Assembly (NCBI GenBank): GCA_036505555.1
Contig: DASXTH010000322.1
Span: forward strand, 1-38,992
Origin: Candidatus Limnocylindrales bacterium
Lineage (GTDB): Bacteria; Chloroflexota; Limnocylindria; Limnocylindrales; CSP1-4
Reading direction: 5' to 3'
DNA length: 38,992 nt
Every line of letters begins with the position of its first letter. Position 1 is the stretch's first letter. The translations under genes and the position numbers were made by a program. The notes under the pieces are model-generated. The model did no database searches. It was given only the letters and a program-made list of their open reading frames with translations, and had not been told where the DNA came from. This document shows positions 17,764 through 26,602 of this stretch, one piece after another.

Positions 17764-18404
17764 GGCGCCTTGCTCGGCTTCGGGGTCTTCGTGGGCGCCT
17801 TCGAAGGGCCCGGGGCGGCCGAGACAGACGGGGCCGGCGTCGGATCCGGGGTTCTGCCGGGGATCAGGACGACGGAGTGTTGGGCGATCGGCCAGAGGAG
17901 CGGGTCGAGGATCGCGAACAACGAAGCGGCCGAGGTCTGACGTGCCTGCTCCGGCTCGCCCGGCGCGCGAGCGCTGATCGGGCCGAACTGGATCAGGATG
18001 TTGAGCCCGGCCCAGTTGTACGGCGCCTCGTCGCCAACCGGCTTGTCACCGGGCTGCCAGTCGAGCGAGTCGGTGAGGAGCGCGCTCGACTTGTACTGGA
18101 TGATCCGGAGGGGCCAGCCGCCGACCGTGCAGTTGATCTGCTTGACGATCCGCGGGTTCCCGTTGCCGAGGTTGGCGTTGGGGCACTGCGGTTCCATCTT
18201 TGCCTTGTAGAAGATGGTGTAGACCTGATCCGCGGTGACGGGCTCGCTCAGGTGGGGATCAGGGGTCGGCGAGGGGGTCGCGGCCACGGAAGGCGGCGCC
18301 GATCCGTTGCTCGAGCCGCAGGCAGCGAGGATCACTGCGAACACGCCGACCACCAGTACGGGCAGCCGACGGGTCCCCCGGCCGGCTTGATTCGAATGTC
18401 GCAT
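17760..18404 (-). CDS. lipoprotein, function unknown, with Pro/Thr/Lys-rich C-terminal tail
   Basis: Signal peptide with lipobox (VFAVILAAC|GSS). The tail is PDPTPAPSVSAAPGPSKAPTKTPKPSKAP. Its stop overlaps the Lrp start (ATGA on the minus strand). Confidence 0.7.
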   Translation of the reverse strand: MRHSNQAGRGTRRLPVLVVGVFAVILAACGSSNGSAPPSVAATPSPTPDPHLSEPVTADQVYTIFYKAKMEPQCPNANLGNGNPRIVKQINCTVGGWPLRIIQYKSSALLTDSLDWQPGDKPVGDEAPYNWAGLNILIQFGPISARAPGEPEQARQTSAASLFAILDPLLWPIAQHSVVLIPGRTPDPTPAPSVSAAPGPSKAPTKTPKPSKAP

Positions 18405-18483
18405 CGCCGGCGGGATGCTAGCACGACCTTCGCAGCGTTTTCACCCCTGACCAAGGTACCGCCACGAGGGAACCGTGCGGCCA

Positions 18484-19401
18484 TCAGCCCCGATCGAGGA
18501 TCGGAAGGACCGCTGCGAATCGCTCGACCGAGGGCCGGTCGATCGGGTCGAGGACCACCTGGATCTCGCTCACGCCGACCCCTGCGTACGCCCCCAGGCC
18601 CTCCGCGATCAACTCCGGGTCGCCCTCGAGCGCGACGATCCGATCGTTCGTCGATTCGCCGCCCATCGTCCGGCCACGGCCACCCGGCATCCGAACGTGG
18701 ACCGCGACCGTCCGCGCGATCGCGGCCGGGTCACGGCCGACATCCCGGCACGCGGCGTCCACGACGTCGCGGAGCGGCGCGACGCCCTCGGGCGTGTTGT
18801 TCGTGTCGGCATACCACGTGTTCCACGCCTGGACATGCGGCGCCGCGATCCGGAGCATCCGCGGCCCGTTCGACCCGATGAGGAGCGGCGGTCCACCCGG
18901 CCGCGGCCGCGGCAGGAGCTCGCAATCCCGAGCCTGGTAGAAGCGCCCGTCGAAGTCGATCTCGCCCTCCTGGAGGAGCGTCCGGATGATCGTGAATGCC
19001 TCCTCGAACCGGTCGACGCGGTGGTCGTAGGCGAAGCCGAACGCCTGGAACTCGGTCTCGTTCCAGCCGGCACCAAGCCCGAAGACGAACCGGCCGCCAG
19101 AGATCTCGTCGATCGTGGCCGCCTGCTTCGCGAGGAGCGCCGGGTTGTGGAAGTTCGTGCAAGCGACGAGCGGCCCGAGCCTGATGCGGCTCGTCGCGGC
19201 CGCGAGGGCCGCCATCAGCGTCCACGCCTCCCACGGCCCGCGGGCGGGGCGGTTCGGCCAGCGATAGAGGAGATGCTCGCCGACCCAGACCGCGTCGAAG
19301 CCGGCGTCCTCGATCGTCCGGGCGAGGCCGACGAGCTCCGGCCAGCGGACCTCGCGCTCGACCTCCGGGAGCTGGATCCCGACGCGGACGGGGCGGGTCA
19401 T
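18484..19401 (-). CDS. LLM-class (luciferase-like) flavin/F420-dependent oxidoreductase
   Basis: FDAVWVGEHLL, LGPLVACTNFHNPALLAKQAATIDEISGGRFVFGLGAGWNETEF and PPLLIGSNGPRML are typical of the LLM F420-dependent family. Confidence 0.88.
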   Translation of the reverse strand: MTRPVRVGIQLPEVEREVRWPELVGLARTIEDAGFDAVWVGEHLLYRWPNRPARGPWEAWTLMAALAAATSRIRLGPLVACTNFHNPALLAKQAATIDEISGGRFVFGLGAGWNETEFQAFGFAYDHRVDRFEEAFTIIRTLLQEGEIDFDGRFYQARDCELLPRPRPGGPPLLIGSNGPRMLRIAAPHVQAWNTWYADTNNTPEGVAPLRDVVDAACRDVGRDPAAIARTVAVHVRMPGGRGRTMGGESTNDRIVALEGDPELIAEGLGAYAGVGVSEIQVVLDPIDRPSVERFAAVLPILDRG

Positions 19402-19457
19402 CGGCGGCTCACCATCCCGGCATTGTGATGGCTGGACCGAAGGCGGATCATGGGCGG

Positions 19458-19937
19458 ATGACGCACAACACGATCGAAGACGCCGCCACCCTCGATGCGC
19501 CGTACGGCCCTGAGATCGACCGCGAGCGCGAGCTCTGGAACGAGATCGTCGCGCTCTGTCGTTCGCTGACGCCGGAGCAGCGGACGCGACCCGGCTACTA
19601 CCGCGACCCGGACTGGACCGTGAAGGATGTTGTCTCCCATCTCGGCACGTGGATGGCCCAGTCGGAGATCCAACTCCTTCGGATCGAGTCCGGGACGTAC
19701 GTCGAGGAGCATCTCGACATCGACGCGCTGAACGCCCAGTTCCTCGCCGCGCTCCGCGACCAGGACTGGTCGACGGTGTGGGCCCAGGCGATCTCGGCTC
19801 GATCCCAGATGCTCACGGTCTGGATGCGGCTCACCGAGCGCTCGGAGGCAGCCGACTGGTGGGTCTACAAGTCGGGCGCCGAGCACGACGGTCAGCACCT
19901 GCCGCGTCTGCGCGAGTGGGTCGCGGAGATCACCTAG
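19458..19937 (+). CDS. DinB-like / mycothiol-maleylpyruvate-isomerase N-terminal domain protein
   Basis: WTVKDVVSHLGTWMAQSE and a C-terminal ...EHDGQHLPRLREW fit the DinB four-helix-bundle His pattern. ATG 19458 is preferred; an alternative ATG lies at 19425. Confidence 0.6.
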   Translation: MTHNTIEDAATLDAPYGPEIDRERELWNEIVALCRSLTPEQRTRPGYYRDPDWTVKDVVSHLGTWMAQSEIQLLRIESGTYVEEHLDIDALNAQFLAALRDQDWSTVWAQAISARSQMLTVWMRLTERSEAADWWVYKSGAEHDGQHLPRLREWVAEIT

Positions 19938-20877
19938 GCAGGTAGCGCTCCCCGAGCAGCGCGATCGTCCGCGCCGGGAGTGCCCCGGCGTCGAGCAGGT
20001 CCTCGAGCGTCATCGACGCAAAGGTCGAGGCGTCGCTGAGCAGTCCTTCGTAGCGGGCACACAGATCGACGATGTCGCTGTTGGCGGCCGGGTGGATCAC
20101 GACGTACCGGCCCCAGCTCCAGGCGCCGCTGGGGTGCTGGAGCATCGAGAGCATCAGCAGGTGCTCGAGCCACATGACGCAGAACGGCGACGTCCCGCGG
20201 ACCTCTTCGAGGGCGCCGGGCGCGAACACGTCCGACCGCTCTGCGACCTCTTCGTAGCGCCAGAGGTTCGTCGGCTTCGGCGTCTCGGGCTTCGCCCGCT
20301 CGTGGTAGAGGACGGCGACCGCGACGATCCCCTGCGTCCCGTCGCCGCGGTCGAGGACGAACGCGGCATCGAATGTCCGCAGGCTGTTGAGGTAGCTCGG
20401 GTCGAATCGGCCCGGCGAGTGGGCGAACCGCACCTCGCGGACGGTGCCCGGCGCGTCGGGCCACCAGGTACGGACGGCCCGATCGGCGATCCGCGGATCG
20501 GCCGCGAGGTCGCCGAACAGGTTGACCGCGAGCGACGGCGACCAGAGGAGGTCCGCCCAGAAGCGCTGGTGGTCGAATGTCTGGTACGGCTCGGTCGTCG
20601 CGTCTCGGGCGCCGGCGGCGGCGCGCGCGCCGGCCGTCAGGAAGTTCGCGCCGGTCTTCTGGGCGTAGTCGAGCGGGAGCCGGCTGCCGACGAGCCGGGC
20701 GGGCCGGTCGCGCTTGGGAACGATCGGCTGCGTGCCGATCGGATGACCGTGCGCCTCCCGCCAGCGTGCGTTGTGATAGCGGGTCCGCTGGCGATAGGCG
20801 GTCATCCGGCGCGGCGCGAGATCCTCCGGATCCCAGCAATGAGCAGCCTCGAGCTCGTCCCTGGTCAGGTCCTTCAC
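19930..20877 (-). CDS. restriction-endonuclease-like (PD-(D/E)XK superfamily-like) protein, possibly catalytically degenerate
   Basis: By-eye resemblance to REase-like families: YHNARWREAHGHPIG...GSRLP...GANFLT, LLWSPSLAVNLFGDL, TFDAAFVLD...GIVAVAVLYHE, and WLEHLLMLSML...VIHPAANSD. Start placed at GTG 20877, downstream of the neighbouring gene's stop; the ORF is open to 21165. Confidence 0.5.
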   Translation of the reverse strand: MKDLTRDELEAAHCWDPEDLAPRRMTAYRQRTRYHNARWREAHGHPIGTQPIVPKRDRPARLVGSRLPLDYAQKTGANFLTAGARAAAGARDATTEPYQTFDHQRFWADLLWSPSLAVNLFGDLAADPRIADRAVRTWWPDAPGTVREVRFAHSPGRFDPSYLNSLRTFDAAFVLDRGDGTQGIVAVAVLYHERAKPETPKPTNLWRYEEVAERSDVFAPGALEEVRGTSPFCVMWLEHLLMLSMLQHPSGAWSWGRYVVIHPAANSDIVDLCARYEGLLSDASTFASMTLEDLLDAGALPARTIALLGERYLPR

Positions 20878-20926
20878 CTGAGCAGGATATGGTCCCGACG
20901 CAGGGCCGCGACCGGGCGTGAGCCGT

Positions 20927-21442
20927 TCAGCAGTCGAAGGCGAGCCAGCACAATGCGTTGCGCAGCCGCTGGTCGTCGAGGACGAGCTCCCGGATCTCGT
21001 CGGGAAGCTGGGCCCTCTGCCAACCGCATTCCAGGCGACCGGCATCCACACGCTCGACCTCGGAGGACGCCGCCCAGACCGCCCGGATCGCGTAGGCGGC
21101 AGCCCCCAGCTCATGCGCCGCGACGTGGCCCACCGCCCCGGCCTGACCGGCGGCGTACGCGGCATGGCGAGCCGCTCCGCTCAGGTCTCGGGCCGCGGCG
21201 TTGGCATGGCCGGCGGCCGTCCGGGCCTCGCTCCACGGGATCTCACCCCGGGCCCAGGCACGCCCCAGGTCGATCGCGCGTCGCGGACGATCGTCGCCCG
21301 GCCGCGCCTGCTCGAAATGGTGCAGGACGTGCTGTGCGCAATCGGCCGCCCAGACCGCGAGCAGATGGTGATCGTCGTCCCGGAGGCTGCCGCCGCGGCG
21401 CACGGTGATGAACCTCGGGTCTCGGACCTTGGGGAGGATCAT
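20927..21442 (-). CDS. Imm5-like putative immunity protein family (often mis-annotated as exonuclease SbcC)
   Basis: MILPKVRDPRF...LAVWAADCAQHVLHHFEQARPGDDRPRRAIDLGRAWARGEIPWSEARTAAGHANAAARD...AAHELGAAAYAIRAV matches my memory of this all-helical actinobacterial family. Start placed at ATG 21442 because the longer ORF runs into the tRNA. Confidence 0.6.
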   Translation of the reverse strand: MILPKVRDPRFITVRRGGSLRDDDHHLLAVWAADCAQHVLHHFEQARPGDDRPRRAIDLGRAWARGEIPWSEARTAAGHANAAARDLSGAARHAAYAAGQAGAVGHVAAHELGAAAYAIRAVWAASSEVERVDAGRLECGWQRAQLPDEIRELVLDDQRLRNALCWLAFDC

Positions 21443-21488
21443 CAGTCCTGCCTGTTCGCTCGTTCGTTCGTCACCGACGGAGGACTGG

Positions 21489-21564
21489 TGGTCGGGGTGG
21501 TCGGACTCGAACCGACGATCTCGTGCTCCCAAAGCACGTGCGTTGCCAACTACGCCACACCCCG
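21489..21564 (-). tRNA. tRNA-Pro (anticodon UGG), CCA encoded
   Basis: The reverse complement folds by hand into a 76-nt cloverleaf. Acceptor CGGGGTG/CACCCCG, D stem GCGT/ACGC, anticodon stem CGTGC/GCACG with loop TTTGGGA, T arm GTCGG-TTCGAGT-CCGAC, A plus CCA. Confidence 0.93.
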
Positions 21565-21617
21565 ACGCCGCGTCATTCTACGGCCCGGCAGCCCGGCCAC
21601 CGGATAGGCTTTCCGCC

Positions 21618-22814
21618 GTGGACGACACGCGGTCATCACGGCTCGACGTGCTGGTCGCGGCCACCCGCCTGGGTCTGACCTCGTTCGGTGGGCCCGTGGC
21701 CCATATCGGCTACTTCCGGCGGGAGTACGTCGAGCGGCGGCGCTGGGTCACCGAGCAGGCCTTTGCCGACCTCGTCGCACTCAGCCAGATGCTGCCCGGG
21801 CCCGCCAGCAGCCAGCTCGGGATCGCGATCGGGACGATCCGCGCCGGGCGGCTCGGGGGAGTGCTGGCGTGGCTTGGGTTCACGCTGCCATCGGCTGCGG
21901 CGCTCGTTGCGTTCGCGCTCCTGACGACGGCCGCCGACCTCGCGTCGGCGGGTTGGGTCCACGGTCTCCAGCTTGCCGCAGTCGGGGTCGTCGCTGCCGC
22001 GGTGCTCGCGATGTGGCGGTCGCTCGCGCCAGACGTGCCGCGATCGCTCATCGTCCTCGTCGCCGCGGTGATCACGCTCGCGATCCCATCGCCGTGGATC
22101 CAGGTCGGCGTGATCGTTGGCGGCGGGCTCCTGGGACGGCTCGCCCTCCACCGAGCGATCGGAGCGCGCCAGGACGAGGTCGCCCCGATCGTCCCGATTG
22201 GGCGGCGCTTCGCTGTCGCCTGCCTCGCGGGGTTCGTCGTCCTCCTCGTCGGGCTGCCGATCCTGCGGTCGGCGACCTCCGATCACACCGTCGCGCTCGT
22301 CGAAGCGTTCGATCGATCGGGCTCGCTCGTGTTCGGGGGCGGCCATGTCGTCCTGCCCCTGCTCCACGAGACCGTCGTCGAGCCGGGCTGGGTTGCGGAC
22401 GATCGGTTCCTCGCCGGGTATGGGGCGGCGCAGGCCGTCCCGGGCCCGCTCTTCTCGTTCTCTGCCTTCCTCGGCGCCGCCGAGATCCCGGAGCCGAACG
22501 GCAGCCTTGGCGGGGCGATCGCGCTGATCGCGATCTTCGTCCCGTCCTTCCTGCTGATCTGGGGCAGCCTGCCGTTCTGGAGCGCGATCCGCCGCTCGAG
22601 CGATGTCGCGCGGGCGCTCGCGGGCACGAACGCCGCGGTGGTCGGGATCCTCGCAGCGGCGCTCGTGACGCCGGTCTGGACGAGCGCCGTCCTGCGCCCG
22701 TTCGACGCGGTCGTCGCGGCCGTCGCGGCCGTGGCCGTCATCGGACGCATGCCGCCGGTCGCTGTGGTGGCCGCGTGCGCGGTCGCGGCCGAGGCGCTCG
22801 CTCGGATCGCCTGA
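21618..22814 (+). CDS. chrA: chromate efflux transporter
   Basis: LGLTSFGGPVAHIGYFRREYVERRRWVTEQAFADLVALSQMLPGPASSQLG, and a second-half repeat (SLVFGGGHVVLPLL...GYGAAQAVPGPLFSF), are hallmark ChrA bidomain motifs. GTG 21618 is the first start after the tRNA. Confidence 0.9.
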   Translation: MDDTRSSRLDVLVAATRLGLTSFGGPVAHIGYFRREYVERRRWVTEQAFADLVALSQMLPGPASSQLGIAIGTIRAGRLGGVLAWLGFTLPSAAALVAFALLTTAADLASAGWVHGLQLAAVGVVAAAVLAMWRSLAPDVPRSLIVLVAAVITLAIPSPWIQVGVIVGGGLLGRLALHRAIGARQDEVAPIVPIGRRFAVACLAGFVVLLVGLPILRSATSDHTVALVEAFDRSGSLVFGGGHVVLPLLHETVVEPGWVADDRFLAGYGAAQAVPGPLFSFSAFLGAAEIPEPNGSLGGAIALIAIFVPSFLLIWGSLPFWSAIRRSSDVARALAGTNAAVVGILAAALVTPVWTSAVLRPFDAVVAAVAAVAVIGRMPPVAVVAACAVAAEALARIA

Positions 22815-22828
22815 GCGGGACGCGAAGA

Positions 22829-22850
22829 CGCCGCCGGGGAGCCGGCGGCG
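22829..22850. terminator. GC-rich hairpin between convergent chrA and lipoprotein genes
   Basis: CGCCGCCGG-ggag-CCGGCGGCG: 9-bp perfect stem with a 4-nt loop, in a 70-nt convergent intergenic region. No clear U-tract. Confidence 0.4.
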
Positions 22851-22884
22851 CCTCGAATCGCGAGCGGGCCCAGAGCCCAGAGCG

Positions 22885-23838
22885 TCAGTCCAGGGTGAAC
22901 GGGATCTCGCCCCTCGCATCCCCGTTACGGACGATCAGCGTGTACGTCCCCTCGGACGGGTCGGAGACCTCGAACCGCGAGAGCAGGTCCTTCTTCGTGC
23001 CGTGCGGCGCGAGCAGCTCGACCGACTGGCTCAGCCCGTCCTGGATGACGCCGACGGTCGTCCCGTCGGGCAGCTCCAGGCCGACGTTCTCGCCGGTGAA
23101 CGCGAACCCGCCGGCGAAGCCGGAGTCGAACGTCGCGGAGTAGCGGACGGTCAGGACGAGCGTGCCCTTCTTCATCTGGCCGTGCGACCAGGGCTGGTCG
23201 GCCCGGATCTCGCCGCCGGTGACGTCGAGCTTGAGCGTGTCGGCCTTGCCGCTACCGGACAGGGTCAGCACCGAGGGCTCGAGGGCGATGGTCGTGTCCG
23301 CGCCGCCCTTGAGCGGCAGGACGGCCTGCTGGATCGTCGGCAGTCCGAGGGTGAGGACGGCATCGTCGAACGTGAACGTGTCCTTCACGCGGAAGGACAG
23401 CAGACCCTTCCCCGAGGCCAGGCCGTCGACGCTGGGGACGTCATTGTCGAACCCTTCGGTCGCGGTCTCACCCGCGGACACGAGGCGGATCGTCGCGTCG
23501 AGGCGCGCGCTGTCCTCGCCGGTGTTCTCGAGGGTCGTCTCGATCTTCACGGTCCCGCGGCCGTTCTTCGTCTCGAGCGTGGCCGTGCCGAGGGTCACGT
23601 GGAAGCCGGCGAACCAGGCCTCCTTCCCGACGTCGATCGTCGTGACGACCGGCGACGCGGCCGGGCCGACGCTCACGCCGAGGTTCTCGTCGACGGCCAC
23701 GACCGGATCGCCCGGCTTCGTCGTCTCGTGCGGCGCGCTCGTCGCGGCGGCCCCGCCGCAGGCGGCGAAGACGACGAGGACCGAGCCGAGGGCAATGGGT
23801 CGAAGGCGGCCGAAGCCGCTGCTGGTTCCAGTCCGCAT
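22885..23838 (-). CDS. lipoprotein with two beta-rich repeats, function unknown
   Basis: ATG 23838 is preceded by AAGGAG 7 nt upstream. Signal peptide plus lipobox (VLVVFAAC|GG). Two similar beta-strand-rich halves, possibly DUF4352-like; that assignment is only a guess. Confidence 0.65.
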   Translation of the reverse strand: MRTGTSSGFGRLRPIALGSVLVVFAACGGAAATSAPHETTKPGDPVVAVDENLGVSVGPAASPVVTTIDVGKEAWFAGFHVTLGTATLETKNGRGTVKIETTLENTGEDSARLDATIRLVSAGETATEGFDNDVPSVDGLASGKGLLSFRVKDTFTFDDAVLTLGLPTIQQAVLPLKGGADTTIALEPSVLTLSGSGKADTLKLDVTGGEIRADQPWSHGQMKKGTLVLTVRYSATFDSGFAGGFAFTGENVGLELPDGTTVGVIQDGLSQSVELLAPHGTKKDLLSRFEVSDPSEGTYTLIVRNGDARGEIPFTLD

Positions 23839-23968
23839 GGCGGATCTCCTTTGAAGTCGAGGTGGGGCCGCGCCGGCCCGGTGTTCTCGCAGTGTCCTGA
23901 CGGCGATGTGGGCGGTCTTAAGGTCGGCGCGGAACAGCGCCCGGACCTCGCGCGTCACAGACAGGACG

Positions 23969-24003
23969 CCGGGCGATCACTGGCAGGCTGATCGATCGCC
24001 CGG
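23969..24003. promoter_or_regulatory. 10-bp inverted repeat (CCGGGCGATC-n15-GATCGCCCGG) upstream of the LCP gene
   Basis: Perfect 10-bp arms at 23969-23978 and 23994-24003, in the 242-nt divergent intergenic region, 78 nt upstream of ATG 24081. Could be an operator or a 5'-leader hairpin. Confidence 0.3.
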
Positions 24004-24080
24004 CGTCACCACGTCCGCCGGGGCCGCCGGGTCCGCCGCGAGCAAACCGTCGCCGCCGTTGCAGCTACACTCCCGAGCGA

Positions 24081-25580
24081 ATGGCCGAGCGATCCATCCG
24101 CGACTCTGATGCCCCGCCCCTCCGGGCTCGCCGTTCCCACCCCTTGGACCAGGCGCGGCCAAATCGGCGGCGCCAACGCCCCATCGATCGCGTCGAGCTG
24201 GAGCATGCCGATGACCAGCCTGCCGCGCCGCGTCGCCGCGGCGACCGGCGCCGCCTGATCGTCGCGGTCGCGTCGGCGCTGATCCCAGGCCTCGGCCAGG
24301 CGCTCAACGGCCGGATCCGGCCCGCTCTCGCATTCACCCTCCCGACGCTCGTCGTCGTCGCCCTCATTTGGCTCTTCGTCCAGTCCGATCGTCCGACGAT
24401 GCTCGTCGCCCGCCTGATCGCGCCGTCGGTGCTGAGTGCGCTCCTCGTCGTGAACGTCATCGTGCTCGTCTGGCGCGCCGCGGCGGTCGTCCACGCGTTC
24501 ATGGACCGGCGGTACCCGCGATTCCCAGGTCGGCTCGGCGCGGTCGGGCTCGTCGTCGTCCTCGCGATCACCGCCCTGCCCCACGCCCTCGCCTGGAGCT
24601 ACGGCACCGCCGCCCAATCGATGTTCGGCCAGATCTTCAGCGGATCGAGCGCCCGTTCGGTTTCGACGCCGACCGGACCCGGCGAGACCGAGCGACTGAA
24701 CGTCTTGCTCATCGGCGTCGACGCGGCGCCGGGCCGGACCGAGACCCTGACCGACTCCATGATCGTCGTCTCGCTCGACCCGGTCGGGCGGACGGTCTCG
24801 ATGGTCTCGATCCCGCGCGACCTCGCCAGCGTCCCGCTCGGCAACGGCAACGTCTTCGGCCCGAAGATCAACTCACTGATGAGCTGGGCCGATCGCCATC
24901 CGGCCGACTACCCGCAAGGTGGCGTCCGGGCGCTGGAGGATGCGATCGGTGCCCTCCTCGGCGTCCCGATCCACGACTACGCGAAGGTCGACCTCGCCGG
25001 GTTCGCGAACATGGTCGACGCGGTCGGCGGCGTCGACATCAACGTGAAGAAGGCGCTCGACGACCCGAAATACCCTGGCCTCGACGGCAGGCGCGGCTGG
25101 TCGGTGGAGCCGGGGCCGCATCACTTCAACGGCACCGACGCCCTCGCCTACGCCCGGATCCGGAAGTCGGACGGTGAGAGCGACCTGACCCGCGCCGCGC
25201 GCCAGCAGGAGGTCCTCGTCGCGCTCCGTAATCGCGCCGTGAGTGCCGGGATCCTGTTCAACCTGCCGAGCCTCCTGAACGCGGTCGGTGCGTCCGTCCG
25301 AACGGACCTTCCGATCGACCAGCTGCCGCTGCTCGCCGCGCTTGCCGAGCAGATCGGCGGGTCGTCGACGACGAAGGTGGTCCTGGGGTCGCCGATGATC
25401 AAGTCGGGCGGGAATACGCGCTACGGCTCGATCTTCGTGCCGGTCCCGTCGCGGATCCGGGCGATGGTGAAGGTCGTGTTCGGGCCGCCCGGCGCGGATC
25501 CGACGTGGCCGGTCCCGAGCCCGGGCGCGTCGGGCGCGCCGGCGGCCTCCTCCACGCCTGGGACCTCGACCGCGCCTTGA
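24081..25580 (+). CDS. LCP family (LytR-CpsA-Psr) glycopolymer ligase with multi-TM N-terminus
   Basis: LNVLLIGVDAAPGRTETLTDSMIVVSLDP...VSIPRDL...GFANMVDAVGGVDI...ALAYARIRKSDGESDLTRAARQQEVL are the canonical LCP blocks. The N-terminal ALIPGLGQ motif sits with 3-4 hydrophobic helices. Confidence 0.9.
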   Translation: MAERSIRDSDAPPLRARRSHPLDQARPNRRRQRPIDRVELEHADDQPAAPRRRGDRRRLIVAVASALIPGLGQALNGRIRPALAFTLPTLVVVALIWLFVQSDRPTMLVARLIAPSVLSALLVVNVIVLVWRAAAVVHAFMDRRYPRFPGRLGAVGLVVVLAITALPHALAWSYGTAAQSMFGQIFSGSSARSVSTPTGPGETERLNVLLIGVDAAPGRTETLTDSMIVVSLDPVGRTVSMVSIPRDLASVPLGNGNVFGPKINSLMSWADRHPADYPQGGVRALEDAIGALLGVPIHDYAKVDLAGFANMVDAVGGVDINVKKALDDPKYPGLDGRRGWSVEPGPHHFNGTDALAYARIRKSDGESDLTRAARQQEVLVALRNRAVSAGILFNLPSLLNAVGASVRTDLPIDQLPLLAALAEQIGGSSTTKVVLGSPMIKSGGNTRYGSIFVPVPSRIRAMVKVVFGPPGADPTWPVPSPGASGAPAASSTPGTSTAP

Positions 25581-26566
25581 CCCGGAACGGGGACGGCCGG
25601 CTCCGGGTCGCCCTCGTCGGCGCGGGGTGGATCATGCCGTTCCACATCGCTGGACTCGATCGGCTCGGGCGAACCCGGCTCGTCGGCGTCGCGTCAACGC
25701 GCCTCACGCATGCGGCGACGCTCGCCGAGCCGTACGGCGCGGCCGTGTACGACGATGTCCGGCGCCTGCTCGACCTCGAGCGTCCGGAGGCGGTGGTCGT
25801 CGCCGTGCCGCCGCACGTGGCGCCGGCCGTGCTCGCCGAGCTCATCGAGCGGGACATCCCATTCCTCGCCGAAAAGCCCCTCGCGGCAACGGACGCCGCT
25901 GGGCCGGCGCGGATCGCGGCCGCGATCGCCGCGCGCGGTCTCGTGGCCGCCGTCGGCTATCACTTCCGCGGGCTCGACGCCCTGGCCGAGGTCCACGATC
26001 GGCTGACCGGCACGACGATCCATCTCGTGACCGCGCGCTGGTTGTCGGGGACGCCGGCTGCGCCGTGGTGGCGGCGCGAGGAGCTCGGCGGAGGCCAGGT
26101 CGTCGAGCAGGCGACGCACCTGTACGACCTTGCCCGGCACCTCGTCGGCGAGGCAACGGTGACCGGCGCTGCCTCGACCCGCGAGGAACCATCTGTGCCG
26201 GAGGGCACCGACGTCGTGGATGCGACCGCCGCGATCCTGCGGTTCGCCAACGGCGCGATCGGGAGCTTCGCCAACACCCGACGGCTGGCAGGCTCGGTCG
26301 TGGAGATGGAGATCGCCGCCGGCGATCTCCTCGTGACGATCCGCCGAGTCGGCGACGCGCCGGGCAGCTGCGAGGTCGTCTTCGACGATGGCACTGCGCC
26401 GCGCACGGTGCCGCCGGGTCGCGACCCGTACGAGGTCCAGGCCGCGGCGTTCCTCGATGCGGTCGAGGTGGGTGCACCGGAGCGCGTCCTCTCGACGTAT
26501 GCAGACGCGCTGCGCACGGATCGGCTGACCCGGGCCGTCGTCGCGGCGACCGGCCGAGCCGGATGA
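25577..26566 (+). CDS. Gfo/Idh/MocA family oxidoreductase
   Basis: Rossmann start LRVALVGAGWI, then VVVAVPPHVAPAVLAELIERDIPFLAEKPLA. A TTG at 25577 overlaps the LCP stop (TTGA). An alternative GTG lies at 25505 inside the LCP gene. Confidence 0.8.
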   Translation: MTRNGDGRLRVALVGAGWIMPFHIAGLDRLGRTRLVGVASTRLTHAATLAEPYGAAVYDDVRRLLDLERPEAVVVAVPPHVAPAVLAELIERDIPFLAEKPLAATDAAGPARIAAAIAARGLVAAVGYHFRGLDALAEVHDRLTGTTIHLVTARWLSGTPAAPWWRREELGGGQVVEQATHLYDLARHLVGEATVTGAASTREEPSVPEGTDVVDATAAILRFANGAIGSFANTRRLAGSVVEMEIAAGDLLVTIRRVGDAPGSCEVVFDDGTAPRTVPPGRDPYEVQAAAFLDAVEVGAPERVLSTYADALRTDRLTRAVVAATGRAG

Positions 26567-26602
26567 GGGCCGCGCCCGGCCCGACACCGGGGCTCGCCTG
26601 GC

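Noticed and set aside
19930-21564. Possibility that the genes next to tRNA-Pro(UGG) form an integrated genomic island or prophage remnant
   Set aside because: I found no integrase, no direct repeat of the tRNA 3' end downstream, and no visible drop in GC content or codon bias relative to the flanks. I therefore report it only as a gene pair, not as a mobile element.
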